Of a stretch of DNA of 64,000 nucleotides, positions 13,132 to 28,679 are shown piece after piece. The position numbers were made by a program, and so were the translations under genes. Each line of letters opens with the position of its first letter. The first letter of the stretch is position 1. The DNA comes from Octopus vulgaris (Eukaryota). The notes under the pieces are model-generated. The model had not been told where the DNA came from, searched no databases, and saw nothing but the letters and a program-made list of their open reading frames with translations. The stretch covers positions 135,842,001 through 135,906,000 of the forward strand of contig OX597817.1 of assembly GCA_951406725.2 (NCBI GenBank), in the 5' to 3' direction.

Positions 13132-14498
13132 GTGCGCGTGTGTGTGTGTGTCCACTAAACATAATATTCTGGGGTAGAGAAGGAATGAAATTGCTGTAAA
13201 GGGGGAAAATCTGTTTAAATCGTCAGAACTCTGAACGATTCTAAGAGTTTTGATAAACTTTAGTCGTCGTCCGACAAAAGATTGTTTTGTTGTTGTTGTT
13301 GCTGTTGTTGTTATTGTTGTTGTTGTTGTTCATGTCTTCACTGAGACACGATGCTGTATTTCTTCTATCTCTTCTTTATTTGCGACGATTTCAAAACCAC
13401 AAAGCCCTTCTCTCAGCCCGCATTTCCATCCTCGGTACATCCGACATCACTGACTCTTAGTGGTCGATTGATTCAAGAGGATTTTGGAAGCTGACATTAT
13501 AGAGAAGTTGACAACAACCAGAATATGTTGAACAAGGTGAAAAGATGGAGTGTTTCAGTTTGTGAATCTGTTCAGAGCAAATCTCAAATCAGATCAGAAG
13601 CCGAAATACTTTGCGGAGATGGTGTTTTCCCCCTTTCTTTTGCTATTCTGAAGTCATCAGATGTTTTCTTTTCCTTTACACAGAGCTTCATTTTCGTTTC
13701 TATAGCTTTCATTAACGAATACCTTAACTACTTCGGTGTTGTTACCGTGTATTGCCCGATGGAATTTTGCAGGATTGTTTTGAAAGGCGGAGCTTTGAGA
13801 GAATCATTTTTCACAATGCCATCTCTTCTTACTTCGTTGTTGAAGACGGATAGTTTTTGTTATCACAATTCAAGTGTTTCTCTTTGTTGATTGTTTGTGT
13901 TGCATTTAATGTTCGTTCAGTGTCTTTTTGAATTCTTCTGGAAGAGTTTATTTACTGTGTTGTGGATTATTTTCACTTGCCTCGTTAAGAAACATTTCTA
14001 GACATTTAACTTAACACTTTCAATTGTCGATTCGAATAGATGAAACTTTTATGTAATGTTTATTTAACCCCCATCTCTTCCATTGTTGTGCGTATGCAAG
14101 CTCATAACACACCGTCGTGTAACAAGCTTACATCACTGAGGGTAGGAAGTGATATGACCTTTGATTCGTATTGTTCATCGCTCACAGGCTCCTTTAAACT
14201 ACGTTTGTCTCTCCGCTGGTGATGTAAACAAGAGTGTTTATATGCACCGAAAGTTCATAGAGATTTCTCTCGTGCAAACTATCGCAGGCAGTATCCCCTG
14301 TTCTAACACAACATCCACTTTTAAGTAGGGATAAATATTACCATTTGGTAATATAGATATGTGTGTGTGTGTGTGTATCTATGTATATATATGTATGTGT
14401 GCATGTGTATATATAATGCGGGTTGTTAGCGTCGTTACCGCATCGGGAAAAATGCTTGGTGGCATTTCTTCTGACTTTACGCTGTACTGCCGGGCATT

Positions 14499-14593
<95 letters not shown>

Positions 14594-14877
14594 CCGATGC
14601 TCGTAATATCTACACCATTAACATTCTTATTAAAATGATAATTTCTAATTATCAACGTATTCCTCATTATTTACAGCATTAATAAATAAATTGTAAAACC
14701 CACTCACCTTGATCCCCTGTTGTTTTCGTTTAATAAACGTTCCGCTGGCTGAATGTTGTGGCATTTAGAACTGGCAGCAAGTTTCGACTCCTTTCTTTCG
14801 TCTGTTATCTTATTTGTTTCATTGTCAGTGAATGGATATCATTTCTGTGCTTAGCACTGCTCTGGAGTATATTCTTG

Positions 14878-15062
14878 TCTACTCTAGGCACATGGCCCGA
14901 AATTTTTGGGGAGGTGGGGGGGCAGTCGATTAGATCGACCCCACTACGCAACTGGTACTTAATTTATCGACCCCGAACGTATGAAAGGCAAAGTCGACCT
15001 CGGCGGAATTTGAACTCAGAACGTAAAGACATACGAAATACCGCTAAGCATTTCGCCCGACG
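14878..15062 (-). mobile_element. SINE family B (5'-truncated)
   Basis: Contains the family B core. Confidence 0.75.
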
Positions 15063-15344
15063 TACTCTGGAGGATATTGAGAAGGCAAAGAGCTCTAAGT
15101 ATTTGCGTTTCTCCGAATACATTTACCGTCAAATGAAATTGATCAAATATTTATGATATTTTGTGAGAAGATTTTTATGCCTGACTCTATCCTCCGTATA
15201 TTCGAATAGGCCTTATTTTGCCTTCTTTCAGGGGAATCGGTTTTTATTATTGGCTCTAAAGCTGTGTCTTTAATTTCCCTTGAGAGAAACCGCAAACCTG
15301 TCACTTTCCTGCGTGTTTTCTGGTTAACATTCTTTTCTTCTATC

Positions 15345-15715
15345 TTCCTTGTTTCACTCATCAGACTATGGCCATGCTGGGGCATCATGTTGAAGAATTT
15401 TAGCCGAACGAATTGACCCCAGTACTTATTTTCATTTTAAGCCTGGTATTTATTCTATCGGTCTTTTTTTGCCGAACCGCTGCTACGGGGACGTAAACAC
15501 ACAAACACTGGTTGTCAAGGGGTGGTGGGGAACAAACACAGACATAAATATACACACACACACACACACGCACGACAGGTTTCTTCTAGTTTCCACTTAC
15601 AAGGCTTTGGTCGGCCCGAGGCTATAGTGGAAGACACCTGCCCAATGTGCCACGCAGTAGGACTGAACCCGGAATCATGTGACTGGGAAGCAAACTTCTT
15701 ATCACACAGCCACAT
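15345..15715 (-). mobile_element. SINE family C with an internal (CA)n tract
   Basis: Homologous to 19880-20353 and 16531-17018. Confidence 0.75.
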
Positions 15716-16530
15716 CTGGAAAATAAATGCGCTCCTATCGTGACACTCCATTCTTTATCTCAATTACATCATTTTATATATTTTAAGCAACATTTGGCTG
15801 CTATTTCTAGCAAGTCATATGACCGTTGGCAGGCACCCTCGTTGAGTCGTTTCTATAAAAGGGTTTTGAGGTTGGTCCCCTACAGTTGATAGGGGCAGCT
15901 GGCATTCAGTTTGATAGTGTTTGTTGCTTTAAAAAGTAAGAATAAAGAATAACACCAACTGAATGGAAAAGAATATTGTTTTTGGCAAAAGGGAATCTCA
16001 ACGTAATATTGATAGGACTGAGAAAAGTCGAGTGTTAGCGGAGTGAATGTGTTTACAATGGATTAATAATCAGTAAACAGATTTCGAAATAAACACGACC
16101 GAGATATCATTAGAGCGAGAGGTGGGAAAGTGCAGCCGGGAGTTTTATGATAAATAAGTCAGGCTGTTTTGTTGGCTCAGAAGAACTCCGTTTTTCTAAC
16201 GAATTCACATGCATACAGGCATACATATGTATGCACATATCTGTACAAACATGCATACGTACGCATATACATGCATTTACGTAGAGCTATACATGTACAT
16301 AAATGTATATTTATCTATGTGTTTATGTGTGTATGTACATAAAGGCATACATAGACATACACTTTCAAACACACATACGCGCGCGCGCTCACATATACAC
16401 ATATATACATATATAGTGGCCGTCTACTCTGGAGTATAACCAATTTTTCCTAGCAGACGCATTCCTGTAATGGGTTTGACATCTCCCCACCCCCTTGGGC
16501 CCTCAAATGAACTTCATTTGCTTTAGATTT

Positions 16531-16702
16531 AGGCGTGGTTGCGTAGTAAAATGTTTGTTTCTAGTTCATATGGTTCCGGGTTCAGTCCCACTTCGTAGTA
16601 CCTTGGGAAAAGGTCTTCTACTGCAGCCTCGAACCGACCAAAGCCTTGTGAGTAGATTTGGTTGACGGAAACTGAAAGAAGCCCGTCGTATGTGTGTATA
16701 TA

Positions 16703-16791
<89 letters not shown>

Positions 16792-17018
16792 CGCACGTGT
16801 GCATGTGTGTGTATGTCTTTGTGTCTGTATTTGTTCTTCACCACTGCTTGAAAACCGGTGTTAGTGTTGTTACGTCCCCGTAACTTAGCTGTTCGACAAA
16901 AGAGAGGCGGATAGAATAAGTGCCAGGCTCAAAACAAGTTTCGGGGGTCGATTCGTTGGATTAGAAATTCTCAAAAGCGGTGCCCCAGCATGACCACAGT
17001 CTAATGACTGAAATAAGT
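16531..17018 (+). mobile_element. SINE family C with an internal (TA)n(TG)n tract
   Basis: Head tggttccgggttcagtccca, body gaccaaagccttgtgag..gaagcccgtcg, then the microsatellite, then the tail gcggtgccccagcatg. Confidence 0.8.
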
Positions 17019-17203
17019 GTTGCGAGTGGGGAGTGGTGGAAGGTAAGGTTTGATAGGGAGTTTTAAGGGCGAGGAGTGGAAGGTACGTTGTCGGAAGGAA
17101 GGAGTTATTCAGGGAACAGATTAAAGATTACAAAAGCTGAATGTGGCATTCATGTGCATCATAAACACTCATATATACGTACATACATACATACATACAT
17201 ACA

Positions 17204-17235
<32 letters not shown>

Positions 17236-17419
17236 ATGTATAATATATGTTAGTCGCTAGAAAAGTGCTCTCACATGGCTAAGAGTTGATTTGACTCTTA
17301 TTCCTAGCAATGCTGGTGCTCACTAAGTGCTCACTAAGAATGTCCGTCACTTTAGAGACGACTATGCTTGTAGCCTTTCGGTCGTAAATTGCGAATAGCT
17401 ATCTACATAAATTATATAC

Positions 17420-18700
<1,281 letters not shown>

Positions 18701-18701
18701 A

Positions 18702-18744
<43 letters not shown>

Positions 18745-18753
18745 GTATGTATA

Positions 18754-18839
<86 letters not shown>

Positions 18840-18845
18840 TGTATA

Positions 18846-18993
18846 GTTGAAATTTACAGAAAAGCAAAAGACGAAGACAGGTGTATAAACAAGAAGAAGG
18901 TGTATTAGCTTGATGCTCGAGAAGGTGAGAAAGTCTTTTACGTTTCGAGCTTACGCTCTTCAACAGAAAGAAACACGATGAAATAAACAACAG
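18846..18993 (-). mobile_element. Family H1-related hammerhead-bearing repeat (divergent subfamily)
   Basis: The minus strand of 18935-18970 reads CTTT CTGTTGA AGAGC GTAA GCTC GAAACG TA AAAG. Flanked by TA-rich microsatellite. Confidence 0.75.
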
Positions 18994-19879
18994 ATATATA
19001 TATCATGTATACACTTTTTATCAACGCTATTTCTGTGTCGGAACCTACGTTATTTTCTATGTATAAACACAAACATGCGCGCGCAAACGCACACACTCAC
19101 ACACACGCACACATCATTCTGCTATGAAAGAAGAGGCTGTGTCTATGTGACTCACAAGTCCTTCCAGACTGCAATACACGTTTACATCTTTCTAAAAGAT
19201 GTATTCCTTCCCTTTATTGTACTCTACACTGCAATCAAACTAACTCAGCCTGTTCATTCGACTATTGTTTGAATTTATTCATCCCTTTCATTTCATGCTT
19301 CTTTTCACTTAATTTCAACCTGTTGCTTATATAAGAATTACTTTTTCTTATGCACATTCACACTCCCTGATAATAAACACAAGATTTTTTAATGATGAGA
19401 ATTTAAAAGAATAAATAACTGAAATTTCGTTAATTGAAACTGCTTTATAATAATCTTTTTTTGGGAGTATCTTGATATAAGCGTGTAGTAATTTGTTTTC
19501 AAATCTAATTATACATGCTTAGAAACAAAGATTAGTCAGATCAAGCAAGCCTAAATTTGAATGATTTTTTTCTATGAGAAATATTTACGTTACCTTAATA
19601 GGTCTCGTATGGAATTACAGGCTACAATGTGACACTCACCACCTTTTGCGACATAACACAGTTTGCGTTACCCTGCAAATATAAATATACCAGCCTTGAA
19701 TTTCAAATCATGGCTTAATAACCATGGTACTAATAATCTAAAGTAAAATCATCTGATTCCAGAGACTGCAGCCGCCGTGGTGAGTGTTTCTAGAGAATAT
19801 GGTGTTAAAAAAGCAAATAGCTTGGAACATACGGAAGGCCAAGAATATATTCATTGAAATTTCTTTGAAATGGAATTTA

Positions 19880-20067
19880 TTCTTTTATTTGTTTCAGTCA
19901 TTTGACTGTGGCCATGCTGGAGCACCGCCTTTAGTCGAGCAGATCGATCCCAGGACTTATTCTTTGTAAGCCTAGTACTTATTCTATCGGTTCTCTCTTG
20001 CCGAACTGCTAGTTGACGGGGACGTAAACACACCAGCATCGGTTGTCAAGCGATGTTGGGGAGACAA

Positions 20068-20116
<49 letters not shown>

Positions 20117-20117
20117 C

Positions 20118-20165
<48 letters not shown>

Positions 20166-20353
20166 GTATATATACGACGGGCTTCTTTCAGTTTCCGTCT
20201 ACCAAATCCACTCACAAAGCTTTGGTCGGCCTGATGCTATAGTAGAACACACTTGCCCAAGAAGCCACGCTCTGTGACTGAACACGCTCTGTGACTGAAC
20301 CCGGACCCATGTGGTTGGTAAGCAAGCTACTTACCACACAGCCACTCCTGCAC
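19880..20353 (-). mobile_element. Full-length SINE family C with an internal (TA)n(TG)n tract
   Basis: Head gcaggagtggctgtgtggtaag, B-box-like ggttcagtc, tail ..actgaaacaaataaaaga. Confidence 0.85.
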
Positions 20354-20914
20354 CTGTTAATACTTGTTCTAAATACTCATCTGTTAGTTGAAGGAAGCTT
20401 ATGAAAATTGCGAAAGAAACAAATCCTGGGGTGGCAGTGACCGTTGGTTTACTTATCAACGACCCAGCGTTGACTACGTCCGTGCCGTATGGACCCTGAG
20501 TACTGCTGCTATGCTATCTGGGGATATAGACATCAAGAATTTTGAAACTAAAGATGAGTGTTATGGCAATTTAGACATTATCATAGAATGAGTATTTCAT
20601 GGTAAAGAAGAAACACACCAACCGAAGGACTCAAATCATTGAGGAAGAAGTGAAATTCATTTAGTGAGAAGGGTTCCTAGTTTCTTAAGTGTGACATGAA
20701 AATGAAATTGGTTTGTAGTGCTGGTTACTGGTCGGAGTACCATAGTGTTTAAGAATAAAGCATCGATGCTTATCATTAATTGAGCAATTAATCGTTTTTG
20801 TTTTGTTGTGTGAGTGTAAATGGGGAGAGGTTGAGTAAGTGTACGAGTTTTGAAGACCATAACGTACCAACTACCTGCGCATTATTATTATCTCTTGATA
20901 TATTCAACATTCAT

Positions 20915-21225
20915 GAAGGCGTGTGGCTTAGTGGTTACGGCATTCGGCTCATGATCGTAAGGTCATGAGTTCAATTCCCGGCGACGCGTTGTGTGCTTGA
21001 GTAAGACACTTTATTTTACGTTGCTCCAGTCCACTCAGCTTGCAAAAATTAATAGTACCTGTATTGCAAAGGGGCCAGCCTTGTCACACTCTGTCACGTT
21101 GAATCTCCCTGTGAACTACACGTGTCTGTGGAGTGCTCAGCCACTTGCACATTAATTTCACGAGCGAGCTGTTCCGTTGATTGTATCAGCTGGGACCCAC
21201 GTGGTCGTCGTAACCGACAGAGTGC
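20915..21225 (+). mobile_element. SINE family D
   Basis: A box tggcttagtgg, B box gagttcaattccc. Homologous to 11665-11970. Confidence 0.85.
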
Positions 21226-21289
21226 TCCTTTATTCAACATTCATTTCTTTAATGGCTGCGTGCTTCATTCCTGCAATGCTTAAATATCT

Positions 21290-21940
21290 TCAAACTTTCT
21301 GATGATGAAGAGAAGGCTCTATCGCTTTTGGACAAAGCACCTTCTGGCTCAGATGGCCACCGACTTGTTAATAAAGATGACAAAATAAGGTGCATGTTGC
21401 TTTTGCCTTTGAGCAAGGTATTATTGAAGGTGTGAAGTTATAGCAACGAAGATATTTGGACAAAAGTTCTCGCAATGATAGAGAAGGACGGTCTTAGGGG
21501 AGACTCTGAAAGACAAAAGAACTCTCTAAGCTCAAGAATTAGAGCCTCAAGTTTGAAAGGTCCAGTTTGACAGCTTCAATGAAGACTGCTACTGTAGCTA
21601 ATGCCTGGAAAAATTCTCTCTGTGTTCTGCCAAATGTGGAGTAGAATACGATTTTGATGGATTCGAGGCAAAGGATTTTCATTACATATATTATAGAATG
21701 TGAAACAGGTAACAGTGGATGACATCATAAGCTGGTTTGAGGACATGGAGGGGGGGGCTTCATATCAAGCGTTAACAGAAGAAATAGCAAATAAAGATTT
21801 CATTGGTGGCAGCAGATATAGTGAGGATGATGAAGATGATTGCCCAATAAAGTCAAACCCTCGGTTATACAAGAGTCCTTTGTTTAGTCTGTTGATTTGT
21901 CATCGGAAGTTGATGTCTAGCGAATTTCAGAATTCATAAA
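21290..21940 (+). pseudogene. Decayed pogo/Tigger-like DDE transposase fragment
   Basis: Fragmentary translation: LLDKAP..DKIRCMLL..EQGIIEG..TVANAWKN, followed by an acidic C-terminal segment (ORF 21700-21939). Many disruptions. Confidence 0.45.
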
Positions 21941-22681
21941 GGAGCTCCATATCTGGAAGCCGCATCAGCAAAGTAAACAACTGAAATTCGGAAAATTCTT
22001 CAAGTCACTTCGTCACAAACCCTGCTGCAGTTATTGAACCTTCTGACGATATTGGTGACCCACGTCCAGTTGATTCAGACCCTCTTCAACCACTTCAGAT
22101 TTCTCAAGTGGGAGATAAAGACCAGTGGAGCGTCATAGCTCCACTAACTCACAATAAGTCAGCAACCTCTAACTCTAAACCCATCTTCACACATCAAGTT
22201 CATCTCTCATCGACGACAAAACGAAATTCACAATTCAATTTATTAGATTTTTAAAAACTTTTATATACAATATACAATATATATTTGTTTTATGTAGCTT
22301 TGAGATAGAAAATTACTATTTTAAAATCTCACAACGTGAGATATTCAGCAACAGTACTTCGTAGTAAAAATTGTTCGAAAATATAAGGACATAGATCGTG
22401 TCGTATAGCCAGTTGGAGACGATGTCTCCTGGGGCTAAATTACAGTGACGTTCGTCCTAAACCAGGACTGCCATGTTATGTTGGTAAACAATCTTTACTG
22501 GCTTTAAAGATGTTTACATTATTTTCTGTGATTTTGTTACTGTTTCTCATGTTCAGTGCCCCAGTGTATATGCATTTCCGATATCATACACGCGTGTAAC
22601 ATTAATCGCTACCATCGGTTTACTTGGACAACCGACTAAACGACACCCTCGCCAGTTAGTAAGGTTCAAAAGAGCTTAACT

Positions 22682-22744
<63 letters not shown>

Positions 22745-23089
22745 ACACACATCTGTCTATATATGCGCGTATGTGCATTGAGTGTAGATGCACACACGTA
22801 CATACACAGAAACACACACACACACCATACCGGTATTCTTTGTAACATTACTAAAAATGGACTTCTGCTACCCATCCTATGGAGCACTCGAAACCGAGTC
22901 CTCTGGACAGCCGTGGGTGATGGTCACAGCCAAAAGAGAATCAATTACGTTTGTTTTAGATTCCCGACTAAAATTCTGCTGACTTCTTCAAAATCCAATA
23001 TGTCCGATGGAGCAACTAAGCAATGTTGTTGTGACGACAGGAAATGGTTTCTCGCTGGTTAAACATTGTATATAAGACCTGCTTAGTGT

Positions 23090-23103
23090 GTTACTATGGC
23101 AAC
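23090..23103. promoter_or_regulatory. RFX X-box-like motif GTTACTATGGCAAC
   Basis: 14-bp imperfect palindrome matching the X-box consensus, located in non-repetitive sequence. Function not shown. Confidence 0.4.
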
Positions 23104-23305
23104 CTGACATTGCTGAGGCTGAAATATAAATTCCATCAACACAATAAACGAGATACTTATTTTCTTTTTCTCTGTTCTTCCTTTTTTTCTCCTTCTTTCT
23201 TTCCTCTCTTCCCCTTGTTTGTACCATTCAATTCTATGTCAATGTTGCTGTTAATCTATCGGTGATGAAATTGTTATCAATGTTATTGGTGGACTAGCTG
23301 ATGAA

Positions 23306-23700
23306 GTGGTAGTAGTAGTATTAGTATTAGTATTAGTATTAGTATTAGTATTAGTAGTGGTAGTAGTAGTGGTAGTAGTAGCAGTAGTAGTAGCAGTAGC
23401 AGTAGTAGTAGTAATAGTAATAGTAGTAGTAGCCGTTGTTCTTGTAGTGGTAGTAGTAGTGATAGTAGTCGTAGTAGTGGTGGTGGTGGTGGTAGTAGTA
23501 GTAGTAATAGTAGTAGTAGTAATAGTAGTCGCCGTTGTTCTTGTAGTGGTAGTAGTAGTAGTAGTGGTAGTAGTAATAGTAGTAGTAGTAGTAGTAGTAG
23601 TAATAATAGTAGCCGTTGTTCTTGTAGTGGTAGTAGTAGTTGTAGTAGTAGTAATAGTAGTCGCTGTTGTTCTAGTAGTGGTGGTAGTAGTGGTAGTTGT
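23306..23700. repeat. Compound (GTA/GTG)n trinucleotide array with a recurring gccgttgttcttgtagtgg unit
   Basis: Direct reading; the unit recurs at about 23432, 23531, 23612 and 23663. Confidence 0.9.
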
Positions 23701-24066
23701 AATTACTGATGTTGTTGCAGTGACTAAGGTTGTTGCCGTTACATGTGTGCCTGGTGTGGATGAGGGAGTTGTGCAACTGTAGATGTTATTGACGCGACAG
23801 ATCTTGTTGTTGTTGTTGTTGGCCTCGTCGTCTTTGATTCCAGAACTCATCAAGGAACGTAAAATAAGGAAGGCAGAGACAAGTGATTATTAGAAAGAAA
23901 AAAGGACTAAAGTCGAGTCTGTAGCAATGACGGAACTTTCTGACTGCCAGGAACCAAAGTGCCAACCAAATTTCGGTGCACGGCGCCAGGTTTTGAAAGT
24001 CGTTGTGAGATATTCGCCCTGGCTAGAACACAGCTCTATCACATGTTAGCTTCCTGCTGTGTAACT

Positions 24067-24148
<82 letters not shown>

Positions 24149-25719
24149 CCGTGCATGTGCGTATGTGTGTGTATGTGCGTGTGCGTGTGTGTGTGTGTGT
24201 GCGAGTGCGTCCGTGCGTATGCGTATGTGTGTGCATGTGTGTGTGTGCGTGTGTGCGCATGTGTGTGTGTGTGCGTGCGTACGTGTGTGTGTGTGTGTGT
24301 GCGTGTGTGCGTGTGCGTGTGCGTGTGCGTGTGTCTGTTCGTGTGTATGTGCGCACGAGCACGTCATCTTGCAGTAAGTTCTTGGAATCGGTGGGTAATG
24401 TGTTGAAACTCTTGGTTCTGGGTGCATCTCGGCTGATGCGAACCCTCGATAAGAACGTTGTTGACCATTGTAGAGTGGTCAATAATTCCAGTTATATTCA
24501 TCTTTCACAAAAGTGAAATTACCAAGTAGATATGGCATTGACCAACGAACTGTTAGTGTGTGACGGGGCACTATACTTCTACGTCCAAGTGCGATGGTTA
24601 GGGTTCTATTTAATTGTGTTGTTGTTGTTTAGCCACAGGTAAGTCCTGATTGAGAAAACCCAAAGCGTTCATACCATGACCATCCCGCCTGTTTGTATAT
24701 CATGGACTACACTGTCCAATGTGTCCTTTTTAAGTGACAATAATTTGTGATTTATTTACTTACTCGCGGTGACGTCCACCCGGGGTGGCTAGAGCCAGCT
24801 CCGTCCAACACCTTCATCCACGTCCCTCACGAACAGGCTTGTAATTTAGGGCAGATTTGGTTGCTATTTCTTGTAGAACGAGCTTGTGTCCCTCGAAAGG
24901 CGACGTAAGATTCGGTCGAGTGTCGCTGTAGTTGTATCTGGTTGGAACTGTGCCGCCGGAAGCGGCACGCTGTGACTTGGGCTGCCGCTAAGTATTTTCT
25001 CTGCTGCTCTAACCATTCTATAAACTCTCTGCCTTTGTTTTAAGGACATTTCACATTCATCGTCATTGTCATCATCATCATCATCGTCATCATCGTCGTC
25101 GTCGTCGTTTTCTTCTTCTTCTTCTTCTTCTTCTTCTTCTTCTTCTTCTTCTTCTTCTTCTTCTTCTTCTTCTTCTTCTTCTTCTCTTTCTTCTCTTTCT
25201 TCGTCACGTTTTCTTTCACTACTTCCCCACCTCGGTAGACATCATCTCTCCCTCTCTCTCTTCCTCACCCTTCCTCTCCCTTCCTCTCCCTTCCTCTCCC
25301 TTCCTCTCCCTCTCTCCTTTCCTCCCACTCTCTGTTATCTCCCAGCTTTTCCCTTCCCCTGTTCTACAGTTTAATCTGTCTGACTCTGCCCCTAACCCCT
25401 TCTCTTTCACCCCTATCAGCGAACCTGACCACCCCACCAACATCATCCTCATCGCAAGCGCTACCACCTTCACCCCATCACTGCCAAATACCAAGATACA
25501 TCATCATCATCATCATCATTACCACCATCCCGTCACTACACCACAACCACCACCACTACCACCACCAAAAAACATCATCACCATCACCACTACCACCACT
25601 ACCATCCTCATCTTCTTCACCCCCCTCACCACTGACCCCGACACCGGACACTGCTACTATTGCCATATGAATATCTGCTACCACCACCACCACCACCACC
25701 ACCACCACCACCACCACCT

Positions 25720-25777
<58 letters not shown>

Positions 25778-26096
25778 CGCTGCTGCCGATGCTACTGCTA
25801 TATCAACACCTACCGCCAATCACCGCCGCCACCGCCACCACCTCTACCGGAGATTATTTTCTTACACACACGCACCCCCACACTCCTTCCTCTCTCTCTC
25901 TCTCTGCTCATGTCTTTGTCTGTCTGTCTGTTTGTCCTTCTCTCTGTCTCTCTCTCTCTCTGTCTCTCTCTCTCTCTCTCCACTCCTTTCTATACGTAGT
26001 TCCTTATTTGATCAGACCATCGATTGTCCACTCTGTTGTATGTTCAGCTGTTTGCTGTTTATTATTATTATCATAATTTTTCCGTTCGACACAAAG

Positions 26097-26146
<50 letters not shown>

Positions 26147-26804
26147 GATGATGATGATAATGAATTATTATTACTATCATCATCATCATCATCATCATCA
26201 CCACCATTTTCGAGTCGAATGGAAAAATCAAAACACCGATGACGTCATCACAATCAAAGAAATTGATCCCAGAATAAACACCCTTTCATTCTAGTAAACC
26301 CCTTCTTTTGCCCCCTGTCTTTCAGGGATTCAACTTCTCCCTCCACCCCTCTCTCTCTCTCACACTCTTTCTTTCTTTCTTTCTCTCTTTCTTTCTTTCT
26401 TCCTTTTCACTTCCCCTCCTTCTCCTCTTCCTCGCCCTCAACCTCTCTCACTGTCCTTTTCCTCCTCCTCCTCTTTCTCCTTTTCTCTTGTTTTTCTTTC
26501 TGTTCTGTTTTGCTGCCATCTCAGCCTGCTTTGATGACTTTAGCGTTTTTGCTTGTAAAAACAACAACAGCAGCAGCAGCAGCAGCAGCAATCAGAAGAA
26601 AAAGAACAACAACAACAACAGCAACAGCAAGAAGGACAGCAGCAATAACAACAATATCAATGTAATAACAATAACAACAGTTGGAGACGTACAACAACGA
26701 CTACAAGAACAAGAACAAGAACAACAACAACAACAACAACAGTGCATCCTAATTGTAACAATAACAACAGCGCCAATAACAGATAGCAAGTTACAAAACA
26801 GGAA

Positions 26805-26865
26805 AACTACCACTACTACTACTATCACCACCACCACCACCGCCACCACTACCACCACCACCACC

Positions 26866-26896
<31 letters not shown>

Positions 26897-26907
26897 TTAC
26901 CACTACC

Positions 26908-26939
<32 letters not shown>

Positions 26940-26966
26940 CACCCCCACCACTACCACCACCACCTG

Positions 26967-26997
<31 letters not shown>

Positions 26998-27026
26998 GCC
27001 ACCCCCACCACTACCACCACCACCTG

Positions 27027-27108
<82 letters not shown>
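26805..27108. repeat. (ACT/ACC)n trinucleotide array
   Basis: Direct reading. Confidence 0.9.
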
Positions 27109-27109
<1 letters not shown>

Positions 27110-27396
27110 TGTCTGGAGTTAAGAGCCTGTGATTACAGCCATTCCAAGCCGTTAATGTTTCGCTTAAATGGTTGAAAGTCGACAATTGGAGACTGGAGGA
27201 CAATCATGACCGAGGTGGGAATTGGAAAGGGTCAGCGTTTTAGAGATAAAGGGCGGGTTTAGTAAAAGCCTGGAAGGATCAGACAAAAGTCCAGGTAAGG
27301 AAAGATAGGTGCAGGTGTGGCTGTGTGCTTAGTAAGCTTGCTTCCCAACCATGCGCCGTACATTATACATATATATATATAATATATATATATATG

Positions 27397-27430
<34 letters not shown>

Positions 27431-28171
27431 TGTATGTATATAAGTATATATATATATATGTATAAAGAACATAAATCTCCCACAGTAGCGTCAAATTCCA
27501 CTAAATAGCCACATAGACTCTTGCGCTAGAGGCAAAAATCCTAAATTTCACATATTCCCTTTCTACCAATGTAAAGACGGAATCTCTACACAAGAAAGAA
27601 TCAACAAGGAAAATCTTTTTATTGAAAAATTCCAAACGCATCTTAATATGCAAACTCCACAATGACCATACTTCTTTTTCTAGCATCCTATCTGACAAAA
27701 AATTGATATAAGCATCCTGTTTGACAAAAATCAATCATTCCAATTGAAGAGCCTAAAATCCACAGAGTTGTCTCCCCTTACTCACAGGAACTGGATAACT
27801 CTTACCCCATTTCCTGTTTTGACACTCTTTTACCAAACACTTTAAACTAAGCACCACTTTTAATCACATGGATCTTAATCCTCCAAAGAAATTATTGAAC
27901 TCTAAAAGCATAGACTCTACAATGTATCGGTATACTTATTTATTAATTTTTGTATATATTTATTATTATGTTTTTGAAAAAACATTGTAAATTTCTTTTT
28001 TCTCCTTCCTCTATTTAAAAAAAATTTCTTTTCCTCTTCCAACTCTTAAAAATTTGCTTTGCCATAAAAACCGGTTTGATTTATTATTTTTTCTTTTTTA
28101 ATTTTCCATACACCCATTTTTATTAAAAATTACTTTCAATTTAGCATTCTGCCTTATAATTTTTCCTCTCC

Positions 28172-28395
<224 letters not shown>

Positions 28396-28679
28396 GTGTC
28401 CTTTGACGTAGAAATCCCCGAAGTGGCTTCACGGTTGGGCCTTCTGCCCTGTAACTCCAGTTCCATGGGTTTTCTTTCTGCCCCTATGACAGAGATCAAT
28501 TCCGCAATTATTCTACGTTCTTCGGAGATCACCACGACTTGTACACCCATACAGATCCTACTTGACTTCAAATCATTTTTTTTTGTTTGTTACTTGGACG
28601 CTTGTCACCTGTAAAGATGCAGATTGACGACAGCTGTCATCCTAATACAACATCACCGGATAGTAGAGCAAGGAGGAGG

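Noticed and set aside
26308-27132. 274-aa ORF with poly-Q, poly-N and poly-T
   Set aside because: Concatenated simple repeats, open on both strands, with no domain.
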